A stretch of DNA of 64,000 bases from assembly GCA_036172245.1 (NCBI GenBank), contig JAYWIR010000003.1, positions 4,898,001-4,962,000 of the forward strand, in the 5' to 3' direction. The translations under genes were made by a program, and so were the position numbers. The DNA comes from Raillietiella orientalis (Eukaryota). The notes under the pieces were generated by a model. That model ran no database searches. It had not been told where the DNA came from and saw only the letters and a list, made by a program, of their open reading frames with translations. Positions 34,801 to 47,600 of this stretch are shown here, piece after piece. The first letter of the stretch is position 1. The number at the start of each line of letters is the position of its first letter.

Positions 34801-37800
34801 GCTCGGTGGGCGAGGAACGGGCGGTTCGAAGGGGGCGGTCGCTGACTCCGAGGAGCGACGCCCGAAAGCGCCGCGCGAGCTCCCACCCATCTGACTCACA
34901 TGGTCGGCGGGTCTCTCGACCTGCCGTGCTTCGGGCTGGTCAAAGAATGGATAGGGCAGAAGACAGGAGGAAGAGCGCGAAGTAGCCGGCCTTTGGTCTC
35001 GAAAACCTTCGTGGGCGATGCCGAATAGCGGGGCATGATGGTGTGATCGCTCACGAAGGTCCTTTACGCGGAGAAAGAGAGGGAGGAGAGATTGCAGGGC
35101 GAAGGACAAGGGGGTGCAGAGGGTTGTTCGGGAGCTGCTTCTCCGGATTGCGGCAGCTGTCTAACGGATGCTGCGGGCTTCTCTTCCAGAGTGCAACCTG
35201 GGTAAAAAGACGTTCGAGATCGGAGAAAAGTTCCACCCCGACCTGGGCCCACCTTTCGGCGTCATGTACTGCGTCCAGTGCGAGTGCTTGCCGGTGAGTA
35301 TGCTCCTTCCTCCCCTGGAATTTAGTCCTCGGTCCTCCTCCCAACGCGAACTTTCGTACGCGGAGGACCCTATCCACCCTCTCCCGACTCCGCTTTCCTT
35401 CCACAATCCAGATTCCCTATCTTGCGGAGCTCCGCTTCTGCCCCTCCCTTCTTTCTGCAGTTGCCATCTCATCCGGCGCATCTCCGCAGTGAGGAGATGC
35501 GCCGAACGCGGCTCGAAGACCCGTGACCCTCCTCCATGGATACGGACGCCATCTCCTGCCATCGCAGCTCCACTCTCCGGATCCGCTTCCAAGGCGACCT
35601 GGCTCTTCCTGCTCGTCTCCGCCGTCTCGGCTGCAGCAGCAACATGGATCTCCCGAGAGACGGGGGAAGGAGGAGACGGCGAGCAGGCGGTCGCGCGCGT
35701 GCCAACTGGGGGCTGCCTGTTCGGGAAAGCGGATGCTGCGGGAAGCTGGAGCGAGGTGGGGACACCGCGATCGAACTCTGAACGGTCTCCACGGGACGCT
35801 GAAGTCCAGGCGGTGCGTCCAACGCTCGGACTTCCAGCCTGCAGGAAGTCCAGTGGTGAGCGGGATGCTGGCTGAGGCTCTGCACGAGCTCCTCTCCGCA
35901 GGACAGCTTCCCTGGAACCTTCAGGGGACGCGAAGGGCTTCTTTTCGCTCTCTCCAGAAGCCGGGGATAGCGGAGACGGCATGCCCCTAGGTGGCGGAGG
36001 GGAAAACGACGACCCGGGTTCTGGACGTCGCTGCCCAGCCGTTGCTGGCGTGCAGTTTCGCTCCTCGGGTGAGACAGCCGGCCCGCTTCCGCCTGAGCGC
36101 TCGCGCGAACTTTCGAACCGCCGGAGGGGGCGGGAAGGCTCGCTGTGATCAGCATCACACACGCGCGCGCCCACACGTCGCCGCACGCAGCCACCTCGGG
36201 CAAGATCAGGCACCGCGCGTTCTGCGACGGTACATCCCGGGGAGGGCGAGTTTGTCGTAGTCGTTGTCGTCGCCCGCTGACAACGAAGACTACGACGGCT
36301 TCTTTTCTAGAAAGCCGAACAATTGGCTGCATGTTCTCGTGCGCAACGCATGCGTGCCCGTCGTGAGGTTTTTGCGCGTTCAGCCGGGCGAGCGCGTGCG
36401 CGGTGACTGGGAAGACGTTTTTTGCGTGGGCGTCGTCATGCACGACGGGCGGAACGAGAAGACCAACACGAGCGCGTCCTCGCGTGTCTCCGCTGGTTGG
36501 AATCGCGCTCAAGGAAAAGATCTTTCCGGAAAGACGCGCTGCGGACAGGGAGGAGACGTCGCGGCCCTCTCCGGCTCATGGTCCGTGGACTCCTGCTCTC
36601 CCGCGACTCCAGCTTCTTCTCAGCAAATTTGCCCTCTCCCGCCCTTTCACCCATCCTCACCTGCTCTTCCTGAAAGCTCTGCTTTGCAGGTGCAAGGCAA
36701 GCGGCGCATCCGAAGCAAAACCACTTGCGTCAATATCAAAAAGCAGTGCCCGAAACCTTCGTGTGGCAACCCTGTCTTGAGGGCGGGAAGATGCTGCAAA
36801 ACGTGTCCTGGGGATGCAAGTACGTTTGTTTCTTCTCTTCCTTCGCCCATTCTCAGCGCATTATCCCTACCCCTACTTCGATCGCTACCGCTGCTGCTGC
36901 TGCTACATCTGTGCGTTTTCCAGACGAAACCTTCGTCAGCGAAGACATACTCTTCCAGAGGAAGGCACAGGAAGAGGCCCAGGATGACAAGAACCTTAAC
37001 GGTAGGGATGTTGACAGTTTCGAATGTGAGGTGGTGGCGCATTTTGATCGTTTGTCCACCAGCGGAACGGAACCATGCGAGGGTGCCGAAAATCCCAAAG
37101 CCAGCAAAGAGCGGAAGTTGAGCACCAAAAAAGAAGGAAAGAAAGAAAGGGGAGGAGCAGGGAGAGCAAGGGAGGAGAGCGCACGAACGAGGGTTCTCGG
37201 GGTACACAACCCTTTGGTGACTTCGAAAAGTAATTAGTGAAAGCCGTTGCACTTCAACAGGGCAGGAAGACGAAGTTCCTGCTTAGCCTCCAGCTGGGCT
37301 TAGCAGGGATAAAAAAGTTCGGTCCGATATCTCTTAACAGCTGTCATCATCGTTTCATCCACAGATGGGAAACCATCCGTCATTTCGTGTTTGCAAGCCA
37401 ATCCGTGAGCTGGCCTTAAAGGAGCAGTTCGAGGCTCATTAATGACGCGTGTTTAATGATGCTGACAGTTATCGGTTTGCTGATCAGCGAGATCTCTTTC
37501 CCTCTGGGAGCCTCGCCTCGCCTTTCCCCTGGCCGCGAAACTCGCAACTAACGAGAGTACCACTGCCGCTCTTACCGAGATCAAAGTGCGTCCTTGGAAA
37601 TAGGTTCGTTCCTCTGCGCGCTGCTTCCCACCCACACCCCCTTTGCTTCCGTTTCGAATGTCTGTGATTCTTCTCGTGCGCCGAGGTCAGGACCGACCGA
37701 AGCGTTTTCTCAAGAGGAATGCAACCAGCGAAACCCGACTCGGTGCAGAGAGTGCTGCTGCCGTTCGCGTGCAGTCGGACGAAGCGGCTCGAGAGTTTCC

Positions 37801-40800
37801 CAGACGACCAACGAAGTGTGCAGCGGGAGTCCTTGGCTGTCGCATCGCTTCCCGCGCGAGTAGGGATTTCTCCTTCGGAACTCCTGTCTCAGGGCAGCGC
37901 ACCACAGGGGAAGCCGATTGCTGGGGTCCGGGGAGCGCAACCGCACCTTCTGACCAGCAAACTGCTCTTGCGTGTTTTCCCAGAGCGGTTTCCACACAGC
38001 AAATGAAGGCTTTGATGACTTAATGAGTGAAAGCAGCCGGCAGACGGAAGCCTTGAAACTTCCGTCGTGCGTTCACAAGAGCAGAGACGTGGATCGAGAA
38101 AAAATTCCCCTGCCGTGAACGAGGGATTGAGGTACACGTTCTGCAAAGAAGAGCAAAGGAGCGGAAGCGCTCCCACCGGAGCTCTCTGCCGGGTTCCAGG
38201 ATCTGCGCAAACTGGCGCGTCTTTTCCGTGCCATCATCAAGTCAAGTGCATACGTTCTTTTGCTGCAAGGCCAGAATTCCTGAGGGTCTCGTGGTTCCCT
38301 TCGACGGACCGAAAAAAATTCCGACCCTTTTTTGGTCAGCTTCAGGATACTTCAAGACACCCGAAGATCAGAGCGTGTGCACTGCTTTCACGCCCCTTGG
38401 AACCAGAAGAGGATGTCTGGGATTCTTGCGTATCGGTCAGGCCGTTTCTCCCAGCCGCCGCATCGTCGGGCATTCCTTCGAAAGTAACCACCGCGCGACA
38501 GCGAAACAGCAACTTGCCACCCGTCTCTTCTCAGCACGAGCTCCGAATGTTCCTTGCTTAACCAATAGGAAGCTTTTACACTTGCAAAGGTCTCGGGAAT
38601 TTCTTTGTGCTACTGCTCCCATTATTCATTCGGAAGCTTCCTGCAAAATTCCTTGCTGACCGAAATTGAATTTCATCTGAGCCATTAAACCCATGAGGCC
38701 GAGACAATGCTTGCTTGGTTAGATGAGGAATGAGGAGTTGATGTGCGGTGTAAACCTCCGTAGAAATCAAGAGAAGCATTCTTTTCATCTTCGGAAAAAG
38801 AAAAAAGTCCGTGGAGGCTGCTCTGACCAGATTCAAAGAAGACTGGGCCTTTGCGTTTTGTGATTCAACGGTCTTGGTTTTACTGTCGAATCTTCCTTCA
38901 TTCTTCGGAAATTGGCGCGGTACACGCAGAGCAACTGAACGAAGATACGTATGCACCGTTTCTCGACATCGTGCTTCCAGCGGGAAGCAGAAGAATGCCA
39001 AGTTCTTTCTGTGAGGAGTACCCCGAATTCCATCAGGGATGCTGAGATGCGTTTACGGTCTGTTGGGATCAAAGGAGCAGGAGCGGTTTGTCGAAACTCT
39101 TGTGACGGTCCGTTTCCGTAGAAATGTCAATTTCCTTTCTGCTGGAGAATGACGATTGCAGGGCTCAAGGAAATCTCTTCTGACAGATGAAACAGATAAA
39201 CCAGTGCATCCGTCCTTGGTAGACAAAGGAAAGATTCTGAGATGTAATCTCGTGAACGGAATCAGGACGTCACCCGTGCTACCATAGCCATCAGGGAATT
39301 TTGCAGCTCGAGCCGCCTTGAAGATCCATTTGCCTATTAATAGAAACGGCTTTTCTGCATGCAACTGCACTCGGTATGTGCAAAAGCATGTAGAACGATG
39401 CAATGTCGCCCATGTCTGACGTTATGCAAACCTGTTTCCAGGTTTGCATAATGTCTGGGTCTTGATAGATCATGCAATGAGTCAGAAGGCCAGGGGCCAC
39501 ATCCATTCGGTTTACAGTATTCTATCCATCATAAATTTTCGCATTTTGTAGCAGTGAATCCTCATCTTTTATTTTTTGTTCGTCCCTAATCTGTGGCCTC
39601 CTGCTAACGTCGCGACATAAAATGTGTTAGGAGAGTGCTATAAAAAAAAAGTGTAAAAATTTCTTTAAAAAAAAAAAAAAATAATGAGCGAATTCGGCGA
39701 TGCTGTAACCCGTGGAAGGAGTATCGGACCATCTACAAATCATTAACAAATGAGGGATTGCTGGTAAGCCAAAGGTGCGATTGCTTAAGCTCCCCACGTC
39801 TTTGCCCCTCGACTGCGGGTTTCCGTTTTAGTGCACGGTTGGATTACGAGGTGAGCACTGAGAACCAAAAGTACTGAAATCCGAATCCTGGCTGCAGATC
39901 TTGGTTCAAGGAGGAATTTCGAGCTCCCAGGCTTTCTCTGCATATCCACGGGCTTCACGCAAGCAAATAAAATATCCGCCATGGGAGCAGAGGACGTTAG
40001 ACCCAAGGCAGATACCTGGCCCTTTCCTTCCCTCCCTGCCTACGATGCGAGGAAGTGTTTCGAAACACGTCCCTCCCATCGTAGGTAGAAAAATTACGAG
40101 AACCTCGCTCGCTCAAGAAGTAAATCGAAGTGCTGCCATTTTATGGTGGCTCCCGACTGCCGTCGGTTTAAGCGGCCCGGGTTCGAATTTGCGACTGCAG
40201 CATGCCACCATAAGATCGCTTTGTGACCAGGGAAACGAGAATTGATGGTCCAGTTTGCCAGTCAGCTGCACCTGGAAGCTGGTATACGTACGCTCGTTGG
40301 ATCTGCTGGATGTTTGATGCACGAGCAGTCTAGTTTCTAAATGGATTGCCATGCGTTTATTCTAAATTATGGCCTCGTGGTCTTGCGCCGGTGCCGGTGC
40401 TGAGGTGTAGCAGTGCGTTTGATGGTGATGCGACGTCATGTGGATTTACTGGTGCGTTCTTCCCGGCCCGCTGGGTGCGTGCATGCACACACACACACAC
40501 ACACGCTTCCGAACAGCTGTTCGCGGAACTTGCGCTGCTCGGTGGTGAAGCTGCAGTGCTACCAACTTCACTGCGCACTCACGAGCGGAGACCATCGGGA
40601 ATGCTCGAAACGTTCGGAAAGACCCGAAGAATAGCAACACCGCAGACTAATGAGTGCCTCACTCGCGCAGAGGCAACTGATGAACGCATCCGATGAGCAA
40701 ATTGGGGAAAGGAAAGAAAAAAAAAAAAAAAAAAAGATGGGGCACAGCTTCATTTGTAGGCACACGAATCCCATCCAGGGAAGCACCACATCCTCGGATT

Positions 40801-43800
40801 ATCGATGGGTTGTTTTGAGTGAGTGCGGCTCCTTACAGTCATCTCGGAAATTCGTCTCATTTCCATGTTTCAACTTTTGCAGCTCCACACTTTAAAGCCA
40901 AAAAAAAAGAAAAAAAAAGAAAAAAAAAGAAAAAAAAATGATGCGCAAGTTTGCTCAACAACAAGATTGAGAATTTCGTCTGCCATTCGATGCTTTTTCC
41001 CAGTTTCAAATAGCAAGCGGGGCCAACGGGGGTTTGGGAAGAATTTTTGCTAATCAATTCTTCCTCCTTCCGATTCCCCCGTAAATGAGGCGAACGCGCG
41101 ATCATCGGTTGCCCCGCAACTCATTTACTGCGCCCAAGTCATGCCCAGGCAGGCGCGGGTGTACATGCCAATACTGAAGGAAAGATACATGTTCACAAAC
41201 TGATGTACACGAAGACAAAAAAAAAGAAAATCTTTGACGTATTTCAAGGTGTAAAAATATTGGATTCGTTGCCAAAAATATCACAAGATAACTACGGGAT
41301 GCACACCTTACCTAAGTTGTTTCCAAATGCTTTCCAGACCTTTTTTTTTGTTTCAGTTTCAGATGGCGCGTGTTTTTTTGTTTCTCCTTTTTTTTTTTTT
41401 TTTTTTTTTTTTGTTTCTCCACTTCTGATTTTTGGAGAGGTGCGGTGAGAAAACACAACGGAGCGCGCGATGCTCACAGGTTTGTTTGCCCAGCCACCTC
41501 GCTGGCGCCGAGCAATGGCGGCTTCCCGGTGAGCTTTTAATAGATCCGCGTTCGATTGTTACCCCGGGATATTCTAAGGACGCTGGCTCGTCGACGGCGC
41601 CTCCGGGAGCCATCCCGGCGGCGCAACAATGCAAGGGGACGAGTGCACAACAATGCAAACCCGCGTTTTTCCGCTCCAGAGCGCTCGGCAGCGCTGCCAT
41701 CTCGAGGCGAAGCGCCTGTTGCGAAGTCGGTCGTCCCGTATTGTAATTTGTGCTTGCAACAATATGTACATCGGAAAATGTGTACGAATTGATTCATACG
41801 CATCTTCGTTTTTTACTTACAGAGTTCGCGGCGTTGCTCAGCAACACTACGAATTTCGACTTCGCGACAGTCAGGTTGTCTTTTCGTAGACGGAATTTGT
41901 ATTATTCTCTGGAATACGCCGTGTCTGAGCAGAGCACGAGGAAATCAGTGAACTGGGGACTCTCCATCCAGTTCATCGGACCCGAAGGGCTGGTCCTGGA
42001 GGAGCACAAGCTTCCCGTGCTGAACGCAGACAATCGAGCCTGCGGAGTATGGAGGCACGTCCCGAAAATGTACAGGAAGCACATCCGGAACGAGGAGCTC
42101 AGGGTGGCGGTGGTGACGGAGGAAGGTTTCTCCATCTCTGGCAGGATAAGAAGGTATCCGGAGGGAAGTGCCTCTCGCGCCCTTTTCTCACCGGAAGGGG
42201 ACGTAGGCACGCCTCTTTGACCACGGAGCTGCTGAGCGTGGTCCTGAGGCCGGTGCCGCCGCTGAGGGCTGCGGGGATGGCGTTGGTTTCCGTGGAGACG
42301 AGCCTCGACAGCATCCACCTGCTTCTGCTTCTGAGCAACGCGAGCGAGAAGCAGCCGATCGAACTGCGCCTTCTGGACGAATCCCGGGGAGTCGAGGTGC
42401 TGAGGGAGAGTCCTCGGCCAGAGGGGAGCGTCGGCAACGCGGTACGAGGGGAAGGGGTGGGGGGACCGCGAGTACGAGAGCTGCATGAGGGTGCCAGTCC
42501 TGTTTGCAGGACGAAGTCGAGCTGCAGATCAGGACCACCCTGGACTCGGTACACGTCCGCGACCTCTCGAAAGGAGGGTTCGTCCTGGAAGTGAAGGGGG
42601 GCGACGGGATCCACCTGAAGGGACGCGTAACCGTGAAGCAGCAGTGCCAGATGCTGTCGGCGGTGCTGTCCGGAGAGCGTCGTCCCGGATACGCCACTTT
42701 CTCCGTGCACAGCGACTCCCGTCTCTCCTACCACGTCTTTCTGGAGCGCCAACCCTCGGGCCCGGTCAACTTCTCCCTGGAGATGCTCGGAAAGAGGAGG
42801 CGCAAGCTGATGGAGCAGCCCCTGTCCCTGGACTTCCATGGCCACGGAACGGGCGCCTGGAAGATGAACACGAAGGAGCTCGACCTGATGCTCAACCGGG
42901 AGGTGATCGTCCGCGCGGACGACGTCTCCGGGAGGATGCTGGTCAGGTGGTTCTCGGAGGCGCACCGTCAGGAAGATCCGTTCCTGCTGACTAGCGCCGA
43001 GGGCACCGAGGCCGCGCTCGCCTGGTTCTCCGTCGACGAAGACTGCATGGCTCACTACGACGTGGAGATGGCGCGCTTTCCGAGGAAGGACGGCGACCGC
43101 ATCCTGGAGCTGTTCCTGGCGGACCTTCCGGACGGTCAGCAGTCCTACCGGCCCAATCCGCGCAGGCTCCTGGGAGAGATCAAGGCGGGGGAGCGCTCCG
43201 GGTCGGCCGACGACGTGCCGCAGGCCGTCTTCAGGAGGATCCAGGGTGGCGTGGTCCGCCTGGAGCTGGTGGACGACGAGCGCAGCCTCGAGAGTGGGCC
43301 GCTGGCAGACGTGAGGAAGACCCCATCCCCGCCCATCCCGCGCCAACTCTCTCTTTCTCTCCCCCGTCCTCCTCCCGGTCCTGCAGGTGGCTGTGCCCCC
43401 CTCCTGCATGGCGGCCATGCCCAAGCTCGACGACTACGTGCTGGACGAGAGCGCGGACAACGAGATCTCCTTGACCTTCGACTGCTACCACAGCGGCAGC
43501 TGGCACGAGGAGGGAGAGCAGTGGTCACACCGATGCTCCCAGTGCGGCTGCAACCGCGGGAAAGTCTCCTGTGACCAGGTTCCATGCCCCCCGCTGATCT
43601 GCGCGCGCACGCTCGTGCGCCCCGGGGATTGCTGTCCTTCCTGCGAAGGTACCGTCCGCCCGCGCCGCTCGCTCCCTGCGTTCCGGAACGCGCGCGCGTC
43701 CCGCCCTTCCTGTCTGCCCTCCCCTCCCCTCCCCTCCACCGACCGACCGACCACCTCCCGGATACCTGGCGCCTCCCGACCCTTCGCGCGTTTCCCCTCC

Positions 43801-44623
43801 TTCCTTCCTTTCTCTCTCTCTCGCTCGCTCGCTCGCTCAACAACTCTTCCGACGCTTGCAGACGACGACGAGCGCCTGAAGTGCTACTTTGAGGGGGACA
43901 AGAAGTATCACGCCGCCGGCTCCGTCTGGCATCCCTACGTCCCTCCCTTCGGCTTCTCCAGGTGCACCACGTGCACATGCTCGGTGAGTGGTCGGGAAGG
44001 CGCGAGCGAGGCGGAGGGCGTGCTCCCCCGTCTTTTCATGCGCAGAAAGACAGGCTGGCCATCGTCTGCCGCCGCATCGTCTGCCCTCCTCTGGACTGCC
44101 CGGCCCACCTGGCCGCCAGGAAGTCCCCGAACTCCTGCTGCAGGGTGTGCCCAGGAGACACCGCCGCCACCGGCAACGTGACGGCAGTGACCGCGACGAG
44201 CACGCGCACGTTGGCGTCGTCGTCGTCGTCGTCGACTGCCCCCCCGACGCAGTCGCAGGAGCTCGCCGTCGGAGATGAGGCCGCCCGCACCCCCGTGGAC
44301 AAGGCCGAGGTGCTGAAGCGCGGCGGCTGCAAGGCAGGAGAACAGGTGTACGAGAACGGTGCTCACTGGACCCCGCGACTTCACTCCCTGGGCGAGTACA
44401 CGTGTGTACAGTGCACCTGCAAGGTAGTACGCGGAGACAGCCTGGGGGAACTCGGTCGCTCCTCCCCCTCCCCACCCAGGACGGGAAGATGGCCTGTCGC
44501 AACACGTGTCCGGCGTGTCTGCCCAGCCAAACGCAGAGGTTCCTGCCGGGAAAGTGCTGCCCGGTCTGCGTGGACGCCGCCAACCGTTCACTGTCCGCAC
44601 CGCCGAAGAGGGCGACCAGCTGA
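31829..44623 (+). CDS. sog: Chordin / short gastrulation (secreted BMP antagonist), 11 coding exons, about 919 aa
   Basis: Hand-assembled join(31829-32003,35190-35293,36690-36819,36924-37001,41823-42153,42207-42441,42510-43310,43387-43648,43862-43983,44046-44423,44480-44623) = 2760 nt. All introns are GT-AG with compatible phases. Signal peptide (LLAVLLLLLLWTLALLLW), CR1/VWC (ECNLGKKTFEIGEKFHPDLGPPFGVMYCVQCEC...CCKTCP), CHRD-type region (EFAALLS...RLSFRRRNLYYS...LEEH...CGVWRHVPKMY...LTTELLS), CR2 (CYHSGSWHEEGEQW), CR3 (CYFEGDKKYHAAGSVWHPYVPPFGFSRC), CR4 (GGCKAGEQVYENGAHWTP...CCPVC). Confidence 0.95.
34271..34660. repeat. Degenerate (AGT/AGC/AAT)n trinucleotide low-complexity tract in chordin intron 1
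   Basis: Runs of TAG/CAG/TAA triplets forming an AT-rich island in GC-rich intron sequence. Confidence 0.85.
38740..39300 (-). mobile_element. Decayed mariner/Tc1-type transposase fragment in chordin intron 4
   Basis: TDFFLFPKMKRML (~38770-38815) matches the mariner PSDFFLFPK.K motif. Upstream, in order: TFLRKRTVTRVSTNRSCSFDP (FL.RIVTGDE.W..FDP-like), GVLLTE, FVQLLCVYRANFRRMK, LNHKTQRP (LHDNARP-like). No terminal inverted repeats seen. Confidence 0.6.
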
Positions 44624-47600
44624 GCAGCGCCCCTGGCGACAGCGCCCTCCCCCCCTCCGCAGAGAGGGTTCTTCTAGTCTACCCGTGGGGGCGAGAAGTT
44701 GCTGTGGTGACAACGATGGCGACCCCGCCCCCCCTCGCCGGCGACGTCCCGGGGCGCCGAGCACCCACCGAGTACCTGATCTCTCCCTTCCCCTGCCCGC
44801 GAGGAGGGACGCACCACTGGCGGCGGAGCCGGGCCCCGCCCCCACCCTCCAGCTCCCTTCCGCCCGCTCTCTTCTCCCGCCGTCGGCCGCTGCCCTTCTC
44901 CGGACCCCTCCTGCCTTCCCCAGCGGCCATCAGCGGGAGCACGTGATCTCAGCCAACGGGGGCAGCCGGCGGCCCCCCACCCCCCTTAATAGAAAGCCCG
45001 TTGTTGTTACGCAAGGGTCCTCCGCTTCCGGTAGGGCGTGAAGGGGAGGGAACGGGGTTGACACGGACGCAGACTCCGGCAACTCCCTTCAGAGACAGTT
45101 GCCCACCCACGGCTTCTCCGACCTCGGATCGACACTTTTTGACCAAAGACATCTCGGAGCCCTTCCGGTAAGGTAGGCTGGGCGCCAGGAGCGGACGGCG
45201 CGGAGGGTCCGTCCCCGGCTGCCTTCTTGGAGTCACCTGGTTCTCAGCAGCCCTTTTCTTCCTCCTCCTCCTGGATCCGGAGATGACCGTCCTGTCTCGT
45301 CCGGGAGCTCCTTCCGGAGCCCAGGGAGTTCGACGTGGTGGGCCCCCGGTCCCTGAACGGAAAGCCCCTAGGAAGGTGTGGTGCCAGAAGGAAAGCTCGC
45401 GGAGGGGTATGGGAGGCAGGCGATCCCACCCCGCCGAGCCTGGAAGGCAACTCCGATGGGAAGCGGAGCGAAGGAAGGAGGGGGACTGGCGTGACTGCAC
45501 CGTGGTCAGGGGAGAGTGGACTCCATCCAGGAGGTTTTCAGGCTCCAAGAGGGACCCAAGGAAGAGGAGACAGCATGTCCCACACGCGGTGGACGGAGAA
45601 GTCTCATCTCCTCCAAGGAGGAAAGGGGCGGAATTCGCTCTACCCCTCTGGTCACCCAAGGTCGAACCCACCTCTGGTTTCTCGTAGAGCAGTGGACAGG
45701 GGAGAGTCCTTCCGTCCACTGGACGACGAGCGCGTCCGTCGCGACCTCCGGTGGCGATGGATGTCCCCGACCATGGGTCGTCCTCGAAAGGACGTTGCGC
45801 TGACTCCCAGGGCGTCTGAGCACGAGACTTCGTGCCATTTTCGTAAGGAAAGCAGAAGCTTCTCCCCCTTCCCATCACTGTCCTTCGAGGGACCCTCCTT
45901 CCTCCTCTTTCCTTCTTCCGCCGATGTGGAAGAAGTCTCATCCTCGGTTCCTCCCTGTAGCACTCCCTCCGCTCTCAGGAGCTGCCGCCTCTTCTCCCGA
46001 ACCTCCTCGAGGGGTTCATAGAGGGAGGGGGAAGACGTCCCCACCCTCCTCACCTCCTGCTGACCCCTTTCTTCCCCCTCGTTTCTCCGAGTCCCGCGTT
46101 TCTCGGAGATTCCTTGCTGGGTCATCTGAGGGTCGGCATGGCGGGGCAGGGGGAAGTGGGATGGATCGAGGAAAACTCAGCACACACCTTCCTCGAGGTC
46201 GATGGTCCTCTAAGGGTGCAGCTGCCACTCCTTGAGAGCGCAAGGTCCCTAGGGAAGAGAGGGAAGCGTTTTTGTTTCTGTTTGTTTTTTCTGCCGTCTG
46301 CGGTGCTGTAGTCGCTCTCCCCTCTTTCTTCGGCTCCCCGGGCATCCCGTTCGACATCCCCTCGTGCTTTTCGGACGCTTCCGAGCACCTTCCCTTTCGC
46401 CTCGTGTCCTTCTTCTTCTTTGACCTTGGTCCCATCCTTGCCCTTCGCGCGGGAGATTATGGAGAAAGGCAGTGAAGCCCTTTGCTTCGCCGTGCAGCGC
46501 CCTTGGGAATGTCTCCCGCTCTTTCTGCTGTCCCCTCGCTATTTCTCACCGGAGGTGCTCCCACTTTAAGGGTCAGGTTCACGACCCGACGATCGCCGGG
46601 ACGGCGCCAGAGGACTAGGCCGCTCGCCAGCGTCCCTGCATCTTAACATACCGGCAACGGAGCCCTGTGTGCCAGGGAACGAAGGTCGCCGCTGCCTCGC
46701 CCCTTACCCTGCAGCCGCAGAATTCCCTTCTCGCCTTCACTAGTCTAAAACAAAGATCATTTCGAAGTGTATCTGGAACCTGTTAGAGAGCAGTTCCCAG
46801 CTCCTCCTTGCATCTCAGCACACCAGGAGGGAACAGCGATCTCCAGCATTAACCGCATCCGTCCTAGTGAGAGCGCACGAAAAAGTAGGCCCCTCCTCGT
46901 GGACAAAAAGCAGGCCGGCACCGTTTGGCAGCCTCGCAGGGATGCGGGGGACCTTGCGAGGGACGCGGGTGGAACGTACCCGAAATGAATCTGGACCGTT
47001 AGGTGGAGCTCCAGCTACTATTATTTACTTCTGTTCCGAGCCCGAGCGATGCGAGGTGCCCAGCATCCATCCGGGAAAGCAGAGCGACTTCACCCGTTGT
47101 TGAAAGAGAAGGAGAACTCATCGAGAGGTGCCTCGGCCTTTGCCGCGAAGCATGGGAGTAGGGCGCGGCTGCAAAGTGGCTGAAGAGCAGCGGCCCGGTT
47201 CGGAATCTCTGGACACGAGACGCGGGGCTGTTGGCGGTCATCCGACCGACAACCTGGGAGAGCACAGCCGCGTGTCTCCGACTTGCTCGTAATTTGCGAG
47301 CTTCGCTGGGACGCCGCCATCTTCGCCGAGCAAGAATGGAGGCGATGCTGGCATCCGGCCCCACGGCCGGTCCATGCCGTCCGTGGAGAAGGACGGGCAA
47401 CCCTTCGTTGCTGATCCTTTGCAGGGGTGATCGATAGGAGATCGCGGTGCAGCCGAATAGAGGGTGCGCGCCCTTTATCGACAAAGCGCGCGTATGCACG
47501 CGCCATTGTTGGCAAACGTCTAAATATAGCCTGCACGTCAAGACATCTATATATATCCCTCACCTAACTGGCACATGCTAGAACCCACTTTGTTTTCGTG

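Noticed and set aside
42099..43424. 441-aa minus-strand ORF
   Set aside because: Antisense shadow of the GC3-rich chordin exons.
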